Shown: positions 1 through 13,103 of the stretch, piece by piece
Numbering within the stretch: position 1 is the stretch's first letter
Layout of the letters: the number at the start of each line of letters is the position of its first letter
Source: Amoebidium appalachense
Taxonomy: Eukaryota > Protista > Ichthyosporea
Reading direction: 5' to 3'
DNA length: 64,000 nt
NCBI GenBank assembly: GCA_963693365.1
Contig: CAVNZM010000005.1
Span: forward strand, 744,001-808,000
The notes under the pieces: model-generated
What the model saw: only the letters and a program-made list of their open reading frames with translations
Told to the model about the DNA's origin: nothing
The model's database searches: none
Program-made: the position numbers and the translations under genes

Positions 1-140
1 CTTAAAATGGGGGACCTAGGTGTAGGGAGATTGCTTTCATGGACCGCTAGAAACACCAGATTCAATCTGAAAACAAATTATCATAATAACAACATAAAAC
101 CAACAACCATAACGCCATCTGTCTCTTGGCCTTGAATTGT

Positions 141-1262
<1,122 letters not shown>

Positions 1263-1511
1263 ATAGCTTCACCCGGTTTCGGTTGTTTATCACTTGAAAA
1301 TTTCTATGGTAAATGTTTTAATTCAGCATTTTACGCCATGTGCACCACACAGTGGGCAGCTGAAAAATAGTGTTGCGGCCTGGCAACACAGCTAAGTAGT
1401 GGAAGAAAGACAAAAACTTTCACCAAAAAAGTGATGCTTATACAACATAAAGTACACACCCTGCTACTCACTCAACGACAGCAGACTTTACAGATTTTTC
1501 ACCCAACCAAT

Positions 1512-3761
1512 CTACCTGGAGACAGCAACAACTCCATGGGGGCGGGCCACACCCGTAGGGAACGAGTTTCCATCATGAGACCACAGGGGATCCAGTATAA
1601 AGTCGGTTTCCGAAAGCAAAAACACGTGTGTTTTGTGATCGCCATCAGCATTCACCAACCCGCCGAACCCAGTGTTGACCAGGAAGTAATCGGTGACGAT
1701 CAGCCGGGATTCATCGTTGGTCAGAGTTAGGAAATGGGGGCCGGCATTTGGCCCCAAATCGATGACCTTCATGATGGTGGGGTGTTTGGGGTCGGTGGTG
1801 TCTAGCATGGCCACCTTTCCAGCCTCATACATGGTCATAAAGGCTCGCTTGCCGTCGGCACGGAACCGAAGAATGTGCGGGGTGGATGTTGGCTTTGTGG
1901 TTGAGTTGGCGGCAGCGGGGCGAGCCAATTGGTTGAAGTCCAAGACAGGCTCGTATGTGCCATCATTGGTGTTGAGGAGGAAAAGGGTGCCGCTCTGGGA
2001 GGGACAGTAGCCACGATCAAGGGGATCGTTGGGGATCAGCGTCAAGTCCATCATGGCACCTGAAGTTGGGATCACGATCGTGCGGACAATCGTGCGATTG
2101 GCGAGATCCCACACGCGCATACTTTGGCGGAACTTGGGCCCACCGAACGTGCTGTTGGCCAGGGTGCTTGCGGGCACAACAAAGTCCGAGGTAATCATCA
2201 AATTGCGATCGGCACGCACGGAGATGCCGTGTGGCGTGAGGTCCTCCGGTGCATCTCTGGGCCACTCGCCTACAATCGTGTTGCTTGTGTCCAGTTCGAG
2301 TATACGGCCACGCACACCGCCCTTGATGCCACCCATCATCGTGATGAGGGTGTTGCCGTTGGGCAGCGTGAAGAAATCATCGGTGGCGGAGGAAAGAGGT
2401 GCATCTATGGCCCGAGTAAACACGGGCTGGCGGGGGTTGGAGATGTCAAACAGGAAGAGATCGGGTTGGTCGGTAATCCACGACAGAAGCCCACCAGCAA
2501 GCAGTGTCTTTCCATCGCCACTCAGCCCAATGTGGTGGGGCTCATTGCCCATGGAGAAATTGCCAGTGACCGGTGCGATGGAGATCACCTTGCCGTATGT
2601 GGGGGATGTGCGGTTAAAGTCCAGGGTGGCTATGAAGTCGCTGTCCTTCTGGTCCTCATCACCGTACCACACGTACAGGTAGTTGTCTGCCTTGGAGGCA
2701 GGCCCGGGTGCGGGGGGGTTGGTGGGGTTGGGAGTAGGCATGGTGGTGGTCGGGGCAGGAGGGAGGGGGTCTGGGATTGGTGCGGGGATGGCGCCCTCGC
2801 AGGAGGGCGACGAGGATGGGGTGCATCTGAGCTTGCCGTTGATGCAGCGGCAGCGGCTGCAGCCGTCCGGGGACAGGCGGATGGTGTTGTGGCGTTGGGT
2901 CCTGCCGTCAGGGCCGACACATGGGCGGCGGTTGTTGGTGGATGGGGCTGGGGGTGGGGGGATGATCACACATGTGGTGCCATCGCCAGTGTAGCCAGTG
3001 CGGCATGCGCAGCTGTGCGGGGGGAGGAAAAGGGTAAGTATTCTATCGGTACGTATATTTGCAGGCAGAGAACAAGAAACATCATGGCTTGCAGGTGTGG
3101 GCCCACACCAATCATCATGGGGACAAAAACATATTGCCCACAACACGGCTCCGACAGGTCCTGCTGAATATAGCATGAATCATCATGCGGAGGGCAACAC
3201 ATGTCATTTAACACCGGGTTCCTATGCAGGCTTGGGTCAAAAGGTATCCTACCTGAAGCTACCGGGGTTGTTGGTGCAGTCAGCAAAGATGCTGCACGGC
3301 CCAGACGCAGACACCCTGCACTCGTCAATGTCCACACACGTGCGCCCCCTTCGTGTGTATCCCGTCCTGCACTGCGGGTTCCTGTTGTAGCCGCCAGACC
3401 CACTGCCCCCAACCGTAATAACAGTTCGACTCGGGACACTGGTGCCTACGTTGGCTGCTACCGTGGTGCCCGTTAAGGGGGCAGCAACCACACCATTAAG
3501 GTCCACACTGCCCGCAACATTGAAAGCAGGCACCGAAAAGTCTGCATTGCCGGTGACCGTGTTGCCGTTGGCAGTCACCTGGCCTCTACCCCTCACCACA
3601 TCCCCGCCCACATTGAACTGCACGGTGGCTCCACGCCCGTTGGTGTTGCTGCTGGATGCGGGGACAGGAATGGAGATCACGTCAACAGAGAAACCTGTCT
3701 GCGCAGAAGAGAGGCCGTTGAGCCCCAGCAGGGTTAAACCGACTGTGGCCTTGCCCGCCAT
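1512..3761 (-). CDS. Secreted EGF / cbEGF / VWC-like / SBP56 (selenium-binding protein, methanethiol-oxidase-like) beta-propeller protein, 669 aa; complement(join(1512..3012,3253..3761))
   Basis: ATG at 3761 begins MAGKATVGLTLLGLNGLSSAQ (signal-peptide-like). A 240-nt GT-AG intron (3252..3013, AG|GTAGG ... TACTTAC..CACAG|C) completes the cbEGF DIDECRVSASGPCSIFADCTNNPGSFS|CACRTGYTGDGTTCV in frame. Next come a VWC-like CVGPDG..DGCSRCRCINGKLRC and a P/T linker. The C-terminal YLYVWYGD..DFIATLDFNRTSPTYGKVI..GNEPHH resembles the SBP56 N-terminal signature, followed by GEWP, PHGISV, GPHFL and PHGV. The CDS is 2010 nt and ends at the TAG at 1514-1512. Confidence 0.85.
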
Positions 3762-3870
3762 GATTGCGGTGGTGTATGTGAGCAAACAATATGGAAATGC
3801 CCGTATACGTGTGTTGCCCGCAGCAAGGCGGAACGGAACGGGACGGATTAAAGACGGCGGGCGGCGTGAA

Positions 3871-3876
3871 TTTATA
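3871..3876 (-). promoter_or_regulatory. Possible TATA box of the minus-strand gene
   Basis: TATAAA on the minus strand ~110 nt upstream of the ATG. Positional inference only. Confidence 0.3.
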
Positions 3877-3978
3877 CCGTAGTTGCAAAGTGCTTTCTCT
3901 AGTGAAGTTTGACCGACTGACTGATATTTTATTTTGGTGAGCGACTTTTTATACAGGTCAGGAGTCCAGGACAGTCAA

Positions 3979-3992
3979 TGATGACGTCATCA
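3979..3992. promoter_or_regulatory. Perfect 14-bp palindrome TGATGACGTCATCA containing a full CRE/ATF (bZIP) site
   Basis: Read directly from the sequence. It lies ~220 nt upstream of the ATG at 3761. Confidence 0.5.
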
Positions 3993-5721
3993 ACTGGTGT
4001 GCGAAGTCACCGTAGCACAGGAGGTTCGAGAAGGCTCTTATTGAATCGCAAGTTGCCGTTCTTGTAGCCAATCCATCTATGTGCAAATGCATTATTCTGT
4101 TCTTTCATTTCTATTTTTCATCATTTATAGTGCGTTTTTGCATAAGCATGCTTTACTTCTTCAATGAAGTCTACGACAAGGACCGTAACTTTTACCACAC
4201 CGCTATCGATGATGATGATTGCTTTGGAATGCGGGTTCTGATTATTAAACAGACAATATTGGTTGATCTGTATGAGGAGTATTCTATTCGCTCTAGCGAG
4301 CAAACCTGGTCCAATCGCATCTGCGATCTCCGGAACGGAGAGGATCCCCCAACACTTTCTTTTGCATTGCCGATTTCCATTTTTCAAAAAGCAAAAGCAA
4401 TATGCCCTTTGTCTATTCTTGATACGGTAAAATAATGATAAAAGTCGCAACGAGTAGAGGTGTTTACACTTTCAATAAAAAGTTAGAGAGTCACGTGTAT
4501 ATGCTGCATGTGTAGGCAAGCAGTGTATTAAACTTAAAACTTTAAATCGACCCCTCATTTTCAAAGAAAAAAAGGCAACACCGTACTGATCATTATAGCT
4601 TTTTGGGAGCTTTGGCAGGATACATTTCTCCTGCTGTACGTATGGATACCACCCTAGTAGATAAGTCTGTATGGTGCCTGATGTTGATATTGCCTGGGAA
4701 GTTGTGCAGTGGCGTTGTAATTCTTGTTTTCATCGCCGCTGGTGCCATTTTTGTGCTGAACTTTTTAATCGCAAGCATGTTGATAGGTGTGTGTTTTTAT
4801 GTCGCGTTTTACCTCTTTCCAACGGGTGTCTGCTACACTAGCTGGCAATGTGAACACTTTAGACTTTTTGTTGAATTCTGTTGGTCGTCACATTGAGTAT
4901 TTATATGAGTTTCACACAATGTTCAGGTATCTCAGTATGCACTTGTTACTGGATAACTCGTGAAGTTTTTATTGTCTTCTCAGTATGCCGTGCATACTTG
5001 CATATCTTTCCGTCGAAAAAATCCAGTCAAAAGAAGAAAAAAAAAAGGCCTGCGGGATATCAAAACAAAAGTTTTGGGGGATCCAGAGGACAACTTTCAG
5101 AACCAATCAAATAGCCGAAGACAGGGTACCAATCAGAAGCCAGCCTGACACCAAACATGCAATTAATTATTAGCCTTAGTATATCTCCAGAGTCATGTCT
5201 ATTTGATACGCCATTAGCCTATGTACATAAGTGTAACACCGATTTTATTACTATGATGCATATCTTGTTGGGTGGAAGTATTGTTGGCCTTGGTGCCGAC
5301 AACTCATCCTATTACATGTCGTTAATAAACAGCACATTCCCCCCTTTACTTAGGCCCAGTTCAAGTCAGTTGTCTGTTTGCCTAATACACAGACAATCAT
5401 CAATAGCGTTATAGGTATAGTTGCCGGAAATATTCGAATATGACTGCTCAAATGGTGAAGAACCATGGTTGAAAGCGCAGATATGGTCACCGTTCGGATG
5501 GCATATTCGTCCTCTACTGAAATGTCATTAAAAATAGCAAGTTCGACCAAATATGTGCATGTTCAGAGAGTCGAGCGGCCGTCCGCCGGCCGAGCCTCAG
5601 TTGTGAGAAGCTCAGCGCTCCATGCATGGCTGCATTATTGTTACATGTGGTTTGCAACTTTGTTATTGTTGTTGCGACTTGGATGATGAACTACCACCTA
5701 CTGAGGTGGTGCCTAGGCTCA

Positions 5722-5957
5722 TTTTCCTTCCTACACCTCAGCAGAAATGTCTCGCTAGTAATGACAATGCTTATCTGTGTACGCGAAGTGACAGCCTCTA
5801 ATTCGGAGAAGCTTAAAGGGGATTTCTTTTACGTTTTCGTTTTCCTTCCTACACCTCAGCAGAAATGTCTCGCTAGTAATGACAATGCTTATCTGTGTAC
5901 GCGAAGTGACTGCCTCTAATTCGGAGAAGCTTAAAGGGGATTTCTTTTACGTTTTCG
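5722..5957. repeat. 118-bp tandem duplication (2 copies)
   Basis: 5722-5839 and 5840-5957 are identical except GTGACAGCC vs GTGACTGCC. Confidence 0.95.
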
Positions 5958-6238
5958 GGCCAGGTCGCCGGGTCAGAGGGAATTCTAGCTATATGATTGG
6001 CGAAGCTGCGCATCAACTGCGCACCATCGTTTTGCCCGCAGCAAGGTTCAGATGCTCCATAATACATCAAAAAAGAAAAAGAAAAGAGAAAAAAAAAAGA
6101 AATCAAGAAGTGAACAATGATAATAAAGCGTTAGGAAGAACATTGCAGTTCATATCATAATTTACATGCTGAACAAATGGCTTGACCCGGATGTGCTGGA
6201 ATGGGGACAATCAATCGGCCTAAAAAACCCCCCTTTAA
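5931..6238. mobile_element. Candidate ~300-bp non-autonomous DNA transposon with TTAA flanks (Kolobok-like ends)
   Basis: TTAA|AGGGGATTTCTTTTA at the left and TAAAAAACCCCCCT|TTAA at the right: short imperfect inverted ends with TTAA on both sides. Confidence 0.45.
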
Positions 6239-6782
6239 GGCTGCGAAGAAAAAAGACTGCGGGCTGCGAAGCCGGAAGGAAAAATCGACGAGCCGAGATG
6301 GCGCGTGACACCGTCAGTACGTGTCAGGATGATGAAGGCCCTGGGGACAGGAAATATCAATGAATTCAAAGCTTCACCGGGTGGCCATGGTCCCAGGCCC
6401 ATACCGAATCCGGTTCCATCTGGCCCACGGCCATCTACTAGAAACACCAGATGGCCGTGCATCTGGCCCTATCGGAGCCCCCCGCCGCTGGGAGACCGTT
6501 GACGATCGTGATCGATATGCGATCCGGAGGGCTAGCCCGATGCTGTTACACATGCCGTGGCCGGACATCGACGGGACGGCCCGGGGGTGCCACCGAGTGA
6601 CCGAGGTTTTGAAGGGGTTGGGGTCACGTTTGGGAGTGGGTGGGGTTGGGGTAATAAGTGGGGGTATCGGTGGTACGGGGCGGATAATAGGGTGGGTTGG
6701 CCATGGGTTGGGTTGCGCCAGGGTTGCAACTGGGGGAGGGGGGGGGCCCCGGGGGCCGCGGGGGGGGGGGGTGTGTGTGTGT

Positions 6783-6816
<34 letters not shown>

Positions 6817-7648
6817 CGGGCAGCCGCGGGTTCAATCGAAAGCGGTGAAACCATAGTTGAAAAGTAGAAAAGACTGTTTAAATACTAGTAAAAGTAGGTA
6901 TATGCATCTGGTCATGATAATGAATTCGAGATTATATCGATCGCGATCCTTTAAATTACCTAATTAGATTAGCAACTGCTGCAGGGCGTGAAGCCTGTAT
7001 CTATACTGTTTTGTTCCCAAACTCATACTTTATGCCCATGTGTGGGTCGACCTTACACGGTCGACTCCTGGCCAAGGCCTCCTAGGTCTTTTACAAGGAG
7101 GCTTTGCTCCCGGGCCACGGGGCCAGTGAGTGATCCGGTGGTCACAAAGTACCAGTTTTGTGAGAGGTCCGACAAAGGCGCCAAAATCTCAAATCCCGCC
7201 AAATTAGCAATCGTCCAATCAGGTAATCTGAATAGATTCAAATAGGCCTTGTCCCGGCCGCCCAACGGCCCAACGAGACACCGCAGTAATATTTTCCTGC
7301 TTGCTACTGCAATTGATCTAGTTTATTATTTTTGCTAGGTATATACCCCCACGGCCATTGCAAGTCATCTTTTGAAACTCGATTCTACAACGAGATATTG
7401 AGATTGGCTACGGGCTTCACTAGATAGGCATATATGCATATGAGCATGCATGTATATCATATGGGGGTTTACGCTGTTTACTCGAGGCAAAGAGAGACCA
7501 GTCTCAGGTATGGGGCCTTTTTGCTCGGAATATCCCCTCAGCGGCATGTCATTATCACGTACATAGATGTCGGGTGATGACTATATATCAGGGTTTACTT
7601 TCTCTACGAGACACCATAAAGACTAAGAAAAATCAATTAGTTCCCCGT

Positions 7649-7750
<102 letters not shown>

Positions 7751-7778
7751 CTCCCCTGGGACACTCGGTATCAGCTGG

Positions 7779-7874
<96 letters not shown>

Positions 7875-9083
7875 ACGTGTGTGTGTGTGTGTGCGTGTGT
7901 GCGTGTGTGTGTGCGCGCGCGTGCGCTAGAATTTTGTAATGATGTGTTTCTTAAGCCAATCAATGCATCTAATAAACAGGTCGTATTTACGCGTGTTTAG
8001 TATAAAATCAAGGATGTTGTAATTTACAGGTAGGCTATCTTTCTGGATGTCTGTTGTGAATGTGACGTGTGTGTGTTGCGGTATTATGTGGTCTATCAAA
8101 CTACATGTGGCGATACATGACCGTTTAAACTGGTGTGTGTGTGTGTTGTTTGGGCATGCAAACGATGCCACCTTATACTTATTAGATCTCCACTGTATAG
8201 CACGTGTGCAGTAAAAGCGTGGTAATTGATCAATAATACCATCAGCTAGAGAAAGACCAGTTCTACAGGAAGGTAATATGTATTTAGGTGTTATACATTT
8301 GCGAGTGCCATACTTGGCAATATGGCTAAGGCGGTCATTATATAAAAAACGAGACATAAGGCTTAGTGTTTCAAGGTGTCTGCTTTCATCGGGTCTAGTG
8401 TCGTGTGGTATCTTTTTCCATTTGTTATGTTGCGTGATTATCTTGTGATTGTGTACATGTTTAATAAGTAAGTGGCAGTCCAAAGTCACACGCACACTTT
8501 TGCGGGGTTTATTTGTATTTGTGCCCGGGGGAGAAGGAGAGAGAGAAGGAAGGAAAGAGGGGAAAGGTGAGGATGGGACAGGTCGGATAGAGAAGAGAGG
8601 GTGGGAGAGCAAATACTTCTTTAAGCGGCTTATGTGCTTATTGAATTTCAGCGCGAGATGGGATACTCTAGCAGCTATTGGGACCAGACCATACATCGAG
8701 AGCGTTACAGACCCAGGTTTACAACAGTTGTTAGATAAAAAGGAGGCAACTTCTGCTTCAAGGAAATTTGCCAAGGGTTTAAGCGCTCTAGTTCTCTCTT
8801 TCTTCTTCCAAGCGGCGAGAAGGGATATATCATATATAGTAGATGATGTAGCCCTTTACTCGGATCATGAAAGAAGAAAGCGCAAAATGCTTACGTATTG
8901 CTTTAAACGCGAACTGGATATAATCAAGCAGCCAGGGGAACCTTTTGGGGCCGAGGTGCTCCTACACGATGAGCACGCTTACATTGCATTTGTGTACTAG
9001 TATGGAACCGGATCAAAACATAGCGTGGCATTTACCAGCGGCCTAGGTTTCGCTGACGAATACTCTCAATAAACGATGTTGAT

Positions 9084-10101
9084 GTGAATGTGCTTTCGGC
9101 GAGAGAAATGGAGAGCATGTTGGTGGAGTCTGGAGCCGTGAAGATTGAAGTTCTGCAGTCTTCCTGCGTGCGTGTGCACAACATAGACCTCAGCTCAGAT
9201 CTCAATGCACTGCCCCCTAGTCGATGTTTGAGAAACAAAATGCGTGACACAGAAACACTAAAATATGTGTCCTGTACTAGTAGCAAAACCGAAAACACCA
9301 CTGAAAAAGTCTAAGAAAGCGAGTTTTGGATTGGTGCTTCGATTCGTGCTCGAATCGCCGATAAATCTCTGTCTTCGTATTCGCTAATGTTTTGTAACGT
9401 TGATGGCATTACCAGCAAATACATGTCCATTTTGATCTATCATAGTGAATAGAAGCTCCATGAAATAGTTTTGGTAAAAACATGTATATGGCTAAATATT
9501 TTGCTTTGCCACCATGACGGTTGTTGTTTAAACCGTGACGTGGCATGGCATTTGCATCCGGACTCGGCGTCTGGTTTTGTAAATTGTCCATTGCCTGAGT
9601 ATCAGCACCCCATATGGGCGTTTTAGATCATCCAATCAGCATTCTCCACACAACTTATAAAATCTTTGGGCACATGCCTTTTTCAGTCAGTCCGCGTGTG
9701 TGAGCGGCAAGATCGAAACGGGGGAACAGTTTTCGGTTTTTGAAAACTGTTCAACTACCTGACTGGCTGGTAATTTTTTTGGCGTAACTGGTTTGCGCAA
9801 ACACGTCATTAAAATCATGACGTTTATTTTTAGATCCAGGGTTAGACCGACAGGGAACTTCAGGATGTGCGATATGTGTCCTGTACTGTATGATAAAACC
9901 AACAGAGAAATGGCCGACAGCAGCAACTGCGAAATCCAAAGTCTCTTGAGTGCGGAAGATCTGAGCATGCACCTGGCCAATGCGGATACGCGAGATAATG
10001 GGTACGACCTCGACCAACCCATAAGCTATGCACCGTTCTTTCACCATATGTTGGGTTGCGCCTTTTATTCACTAGAAATTTGTTTTCAACATATTCTTTG
10101 A
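9084..10101 (+). pseudogene. Possible degenerate DDE transposase (Sola-like) remnant
   Basis: Interrupted fragments occur in an order reminiscent of Sola-type transposases: SRCL..., EFWIG, FCNVDGIT, VQLPDWL, NFRMCDMCPVL....HLANA. There are stops and frameshifts, and I could not identify a catalytic triad. Recognised by eye only. Confidence 0.3.
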
Positions 10102-10715
10102 CAACTTGGGTTTCAGAGCAGCTGCTCAGAGCTTCAACCAAATCCCTTGAGTTTTTCACCTGAGAACTTTAGTGCGCAACGAGCATGTAGCTAGTCCGAA
10201 TCCGAAGTGCGGCCCACAAGGAAGTCTGAAGCTACCCATAACCGTAAAGCTAAACTAAAGGTCTGAGGGAAGAAATGTGGGACACGTTTGGTCTGCATTT
10301 AAACGGCTCAACGATATCACATGTGCGAAAAGGACTACCTGCTCATGTGGCCGGGCTTAAATCAGACACAGTGATAGTGTATGTGGGGGGGGGGGTGCTC
10401 TCTTGATATGGATACGGACGAATTGTCTTCAGTGCTTGGTTTGTGCGCCAAATCAGCGAAAAATTACGGGAATGCTATGCAGGTAGCCACGATGCCACGG
10501 AGGTTGGGATGTGCGCTGTTGAGAATGGTGCAGGAGGTTTTGAGTCGTCAAGGTGTGAAAGTACGGCCATGTGATATTTTGAATGCAGATTTCAGAATTT
10601 AGCGCTTCTCACACACGGAATTTGCCATATTATTTGACACATGCCAATATTTCTGAATTCTAGGAGTGCGCTGCTTTTTTTTTAGAGTCCCAGTAAGTCG
10701 TGTGGTCATATGTCA

Positions 10716-10758
<43 letters not shown>

Positions 10759-11741
10759 AAAAAAAAAAAAAGAAAGAAAGAAAAAGAAAAGACGAGTGTT
10801 TGATATCAATGGTAAAATAAGCAAAAAAGGAAAGCAAACGTTTACTACGGAATGTTTGCAATATACCGGAGCATTTATAGTGTAAAAAACCGTATTTTCA
10901 AATAAATAACGTACATACAATAAGAGACCTTGTCCGATTGATCGAGCAACCCTGGTCACGTGGCACGCAAATAGCATGTTATATCATGTAGGTTTAATAA
11001 GGCTACCACGGCGAGATTACCTCACCCACTTCATGTGTACCAGGCAACTTAGCCACAAAATCATATCAGTAATAATGGTGTTCCGCCACATAGGTACATC
11101 TAAATTAGCCCATGACGCTGTATACGTCTTTGTGCACGTGTCACATACCATTCCGCTAAACCACATGCTCTTTGGCACGCCAAGTTATACTCCGCTGCCT
11201 GGCACACACACACACACACGGACCCCACATGGGCACATGCTCGGGCTCACGGATGCATACTCAAACGCACACATGCATGCATGTACATGTCCGCAGGCAT
11301 GCACGCGTACACGTCCGCACCCGCGCCCGCCTGCCTGCACGCACGCACGCACACACGCACGTGCACGCACATGCACCACACACGCACGCACGCACGCACG
11401 CACGCACACACGCACACAGCGCGCACCCACACACACTGTGGCACCCAGGCACACACGCACACACGCACACACGCACACATGCAGGATTATGTGCTTGCAT
11501 GAACACATCCACACACACGGGTGCACACACACACGCACACACACACACACACACACACAACACACACACAGATGCACACACAGGCCGACAAACACATACA
11601 CATCATGGTACGTTATAGCACAGGTACACTATCCACACGCACAATCTGTGGTGCCCTTAAAAACATTCAACGTTCATTGGAAAGTGCACGCCACGGTGTG
11701 TGTGTGCACGCTGTAGGGTGACGAGACGGACTCCTCCTCAG

Positions 11742-11772
<31 letters not shown>

Positions 11773-11935
11773 ACCGTAGTGACTGGTCTGAGTTTCAGGT
11801 CTCCTAAGCTTCAATTTGACTCCTAAGCTTCAATTTGTTGAGTTTTACGAAATGGGAATGGAATGTATGTAGGCTGCAGCTTAATTTTAGCACCATAATA
11901 TATGATCATCATCTGATAGGCACGGCAGCCTTTGG

Positions 11936-12309
11936 AGGGCCCAACCACATCGGCCGAGTCAACTTGCTTCGAGCAGTATTATTCTGAAAAAGCAGAATTA
12001 TTCTGCTAACAGCAGAATTATTCTGCAAACAGCAGAATCAACCTGCTAAAAGCAGAATCATTGTCTGAATCAATCTGCTAAAAATGGAAATATTCTGCAA
12101 AAAACAGAAGTATTCTGCTATAAGCAAAATTTATTTGCTGTCGAAGCAGAATAATTCTGCTTTTTGCGGAATGATTCTGCTTTTGCGGAATAATTCTGCT
12201 AAAACTGCTAAAGACGGAGTGATTCTGCTTTAAATTTGCGGAATCGTTCTGCCTTTTGCAGAAAAATTCTGCGTTTTGCAAGGTGACTCTGCCGATGTGG
12301 TTGGGCCCT
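11936..12309. mobile_element. 374-bp MITE with 32-bp terminal inverted repeats and internal GCAGAAT(T/C)ATTCTGC repeats
   Basis: Left end AGGGCCCAACCACATCGGCCGAGTCAACTTGC; reverse complement of the right end AGGGCCCAACCACATCGGCAGAGTCACCTTGC (2 mismatches). About ten degenerate copies of the quasi-palindrome GCAGAATTATTCTGC lie inside. No clear target-site duplication. Confidence 0.8.
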
Positions 12310-13065
12310 TCCGGGGGTGGGTAGGTGGGTGATGGTGGTGGTGGTGGTGGTGGCAGCGGCGGCGGCGGCGGCGGCGGCGGCGGTGGTGGTGTGTGTGTGT
12401 GTGTTTGGGGGGGGGGGGGGGGGGGGGGGGGGGGAGCCTCGGGGGGGGGGGGGGGGGGGGACCGTTGGGGGGCCGAGGTACCCGGGGGGGGGGGGGGGGG
12501 ATCGCTATGGGGTGGGGGGGGGGAGGGGGGAGAGGCACCCCAAACTTTGAGGAGGGATAGCCGAGCTCCCCCCCCTCCCCCCTTCTTCAAAGTTTCTCAC
12601 CTGGCTCCTCCAGTTTCAATATAAACGAACTTGCCCCATGTTCGGGAGAGAGCCAAGAGGTCATAAGGTCCCTGGGCTCTAGCTAGCCTCAGTGAGGTCT
12701 CCTTGTCTCGCCCGAATCTTGAATGGGTCGACAAGGGATGGGGAAGTGGGGGGGACGGGGGGGGGGAGGGGGGGGGGGGGGGGGGGGGGAGGGGGGATGG
12801 GGGATGGGGATACTGTTACAGACACAGTACTACATGCAGAGGTGGCAAGTGCAATTGCGCGGCCTGCCAGTGACATCCTGTTGCTGTACAGTACACAGGC
12901 CAGGGGCGCACGCTGTCAGTCACACACCGACACACACACACACACGCACACACACACACACGCACATGCACACACATGCACACACACACACACACGTGTA
13001 CACACACACACACACCCACTCACGCGCACACACACGCACAAACACTGGCCCAAGTACACACACAA

Positions 13066-13103
<38 letters not shown>

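Noticed and set aside
1512-3176. The 554-aa ORF as an independent gene starting at 3176
   Set aside because: Its first ~55 codons lie in the 3013-3252 intron. Splicing to the upstream exon restores a complete cbEGF and a signal peptide.
4079-4450. 118-aa and 109-aa ORFs in AT-rich sequence
   Set aside because: No recognisable motif or supported splice structure. They could be a decayed element, but I cannot support a call.
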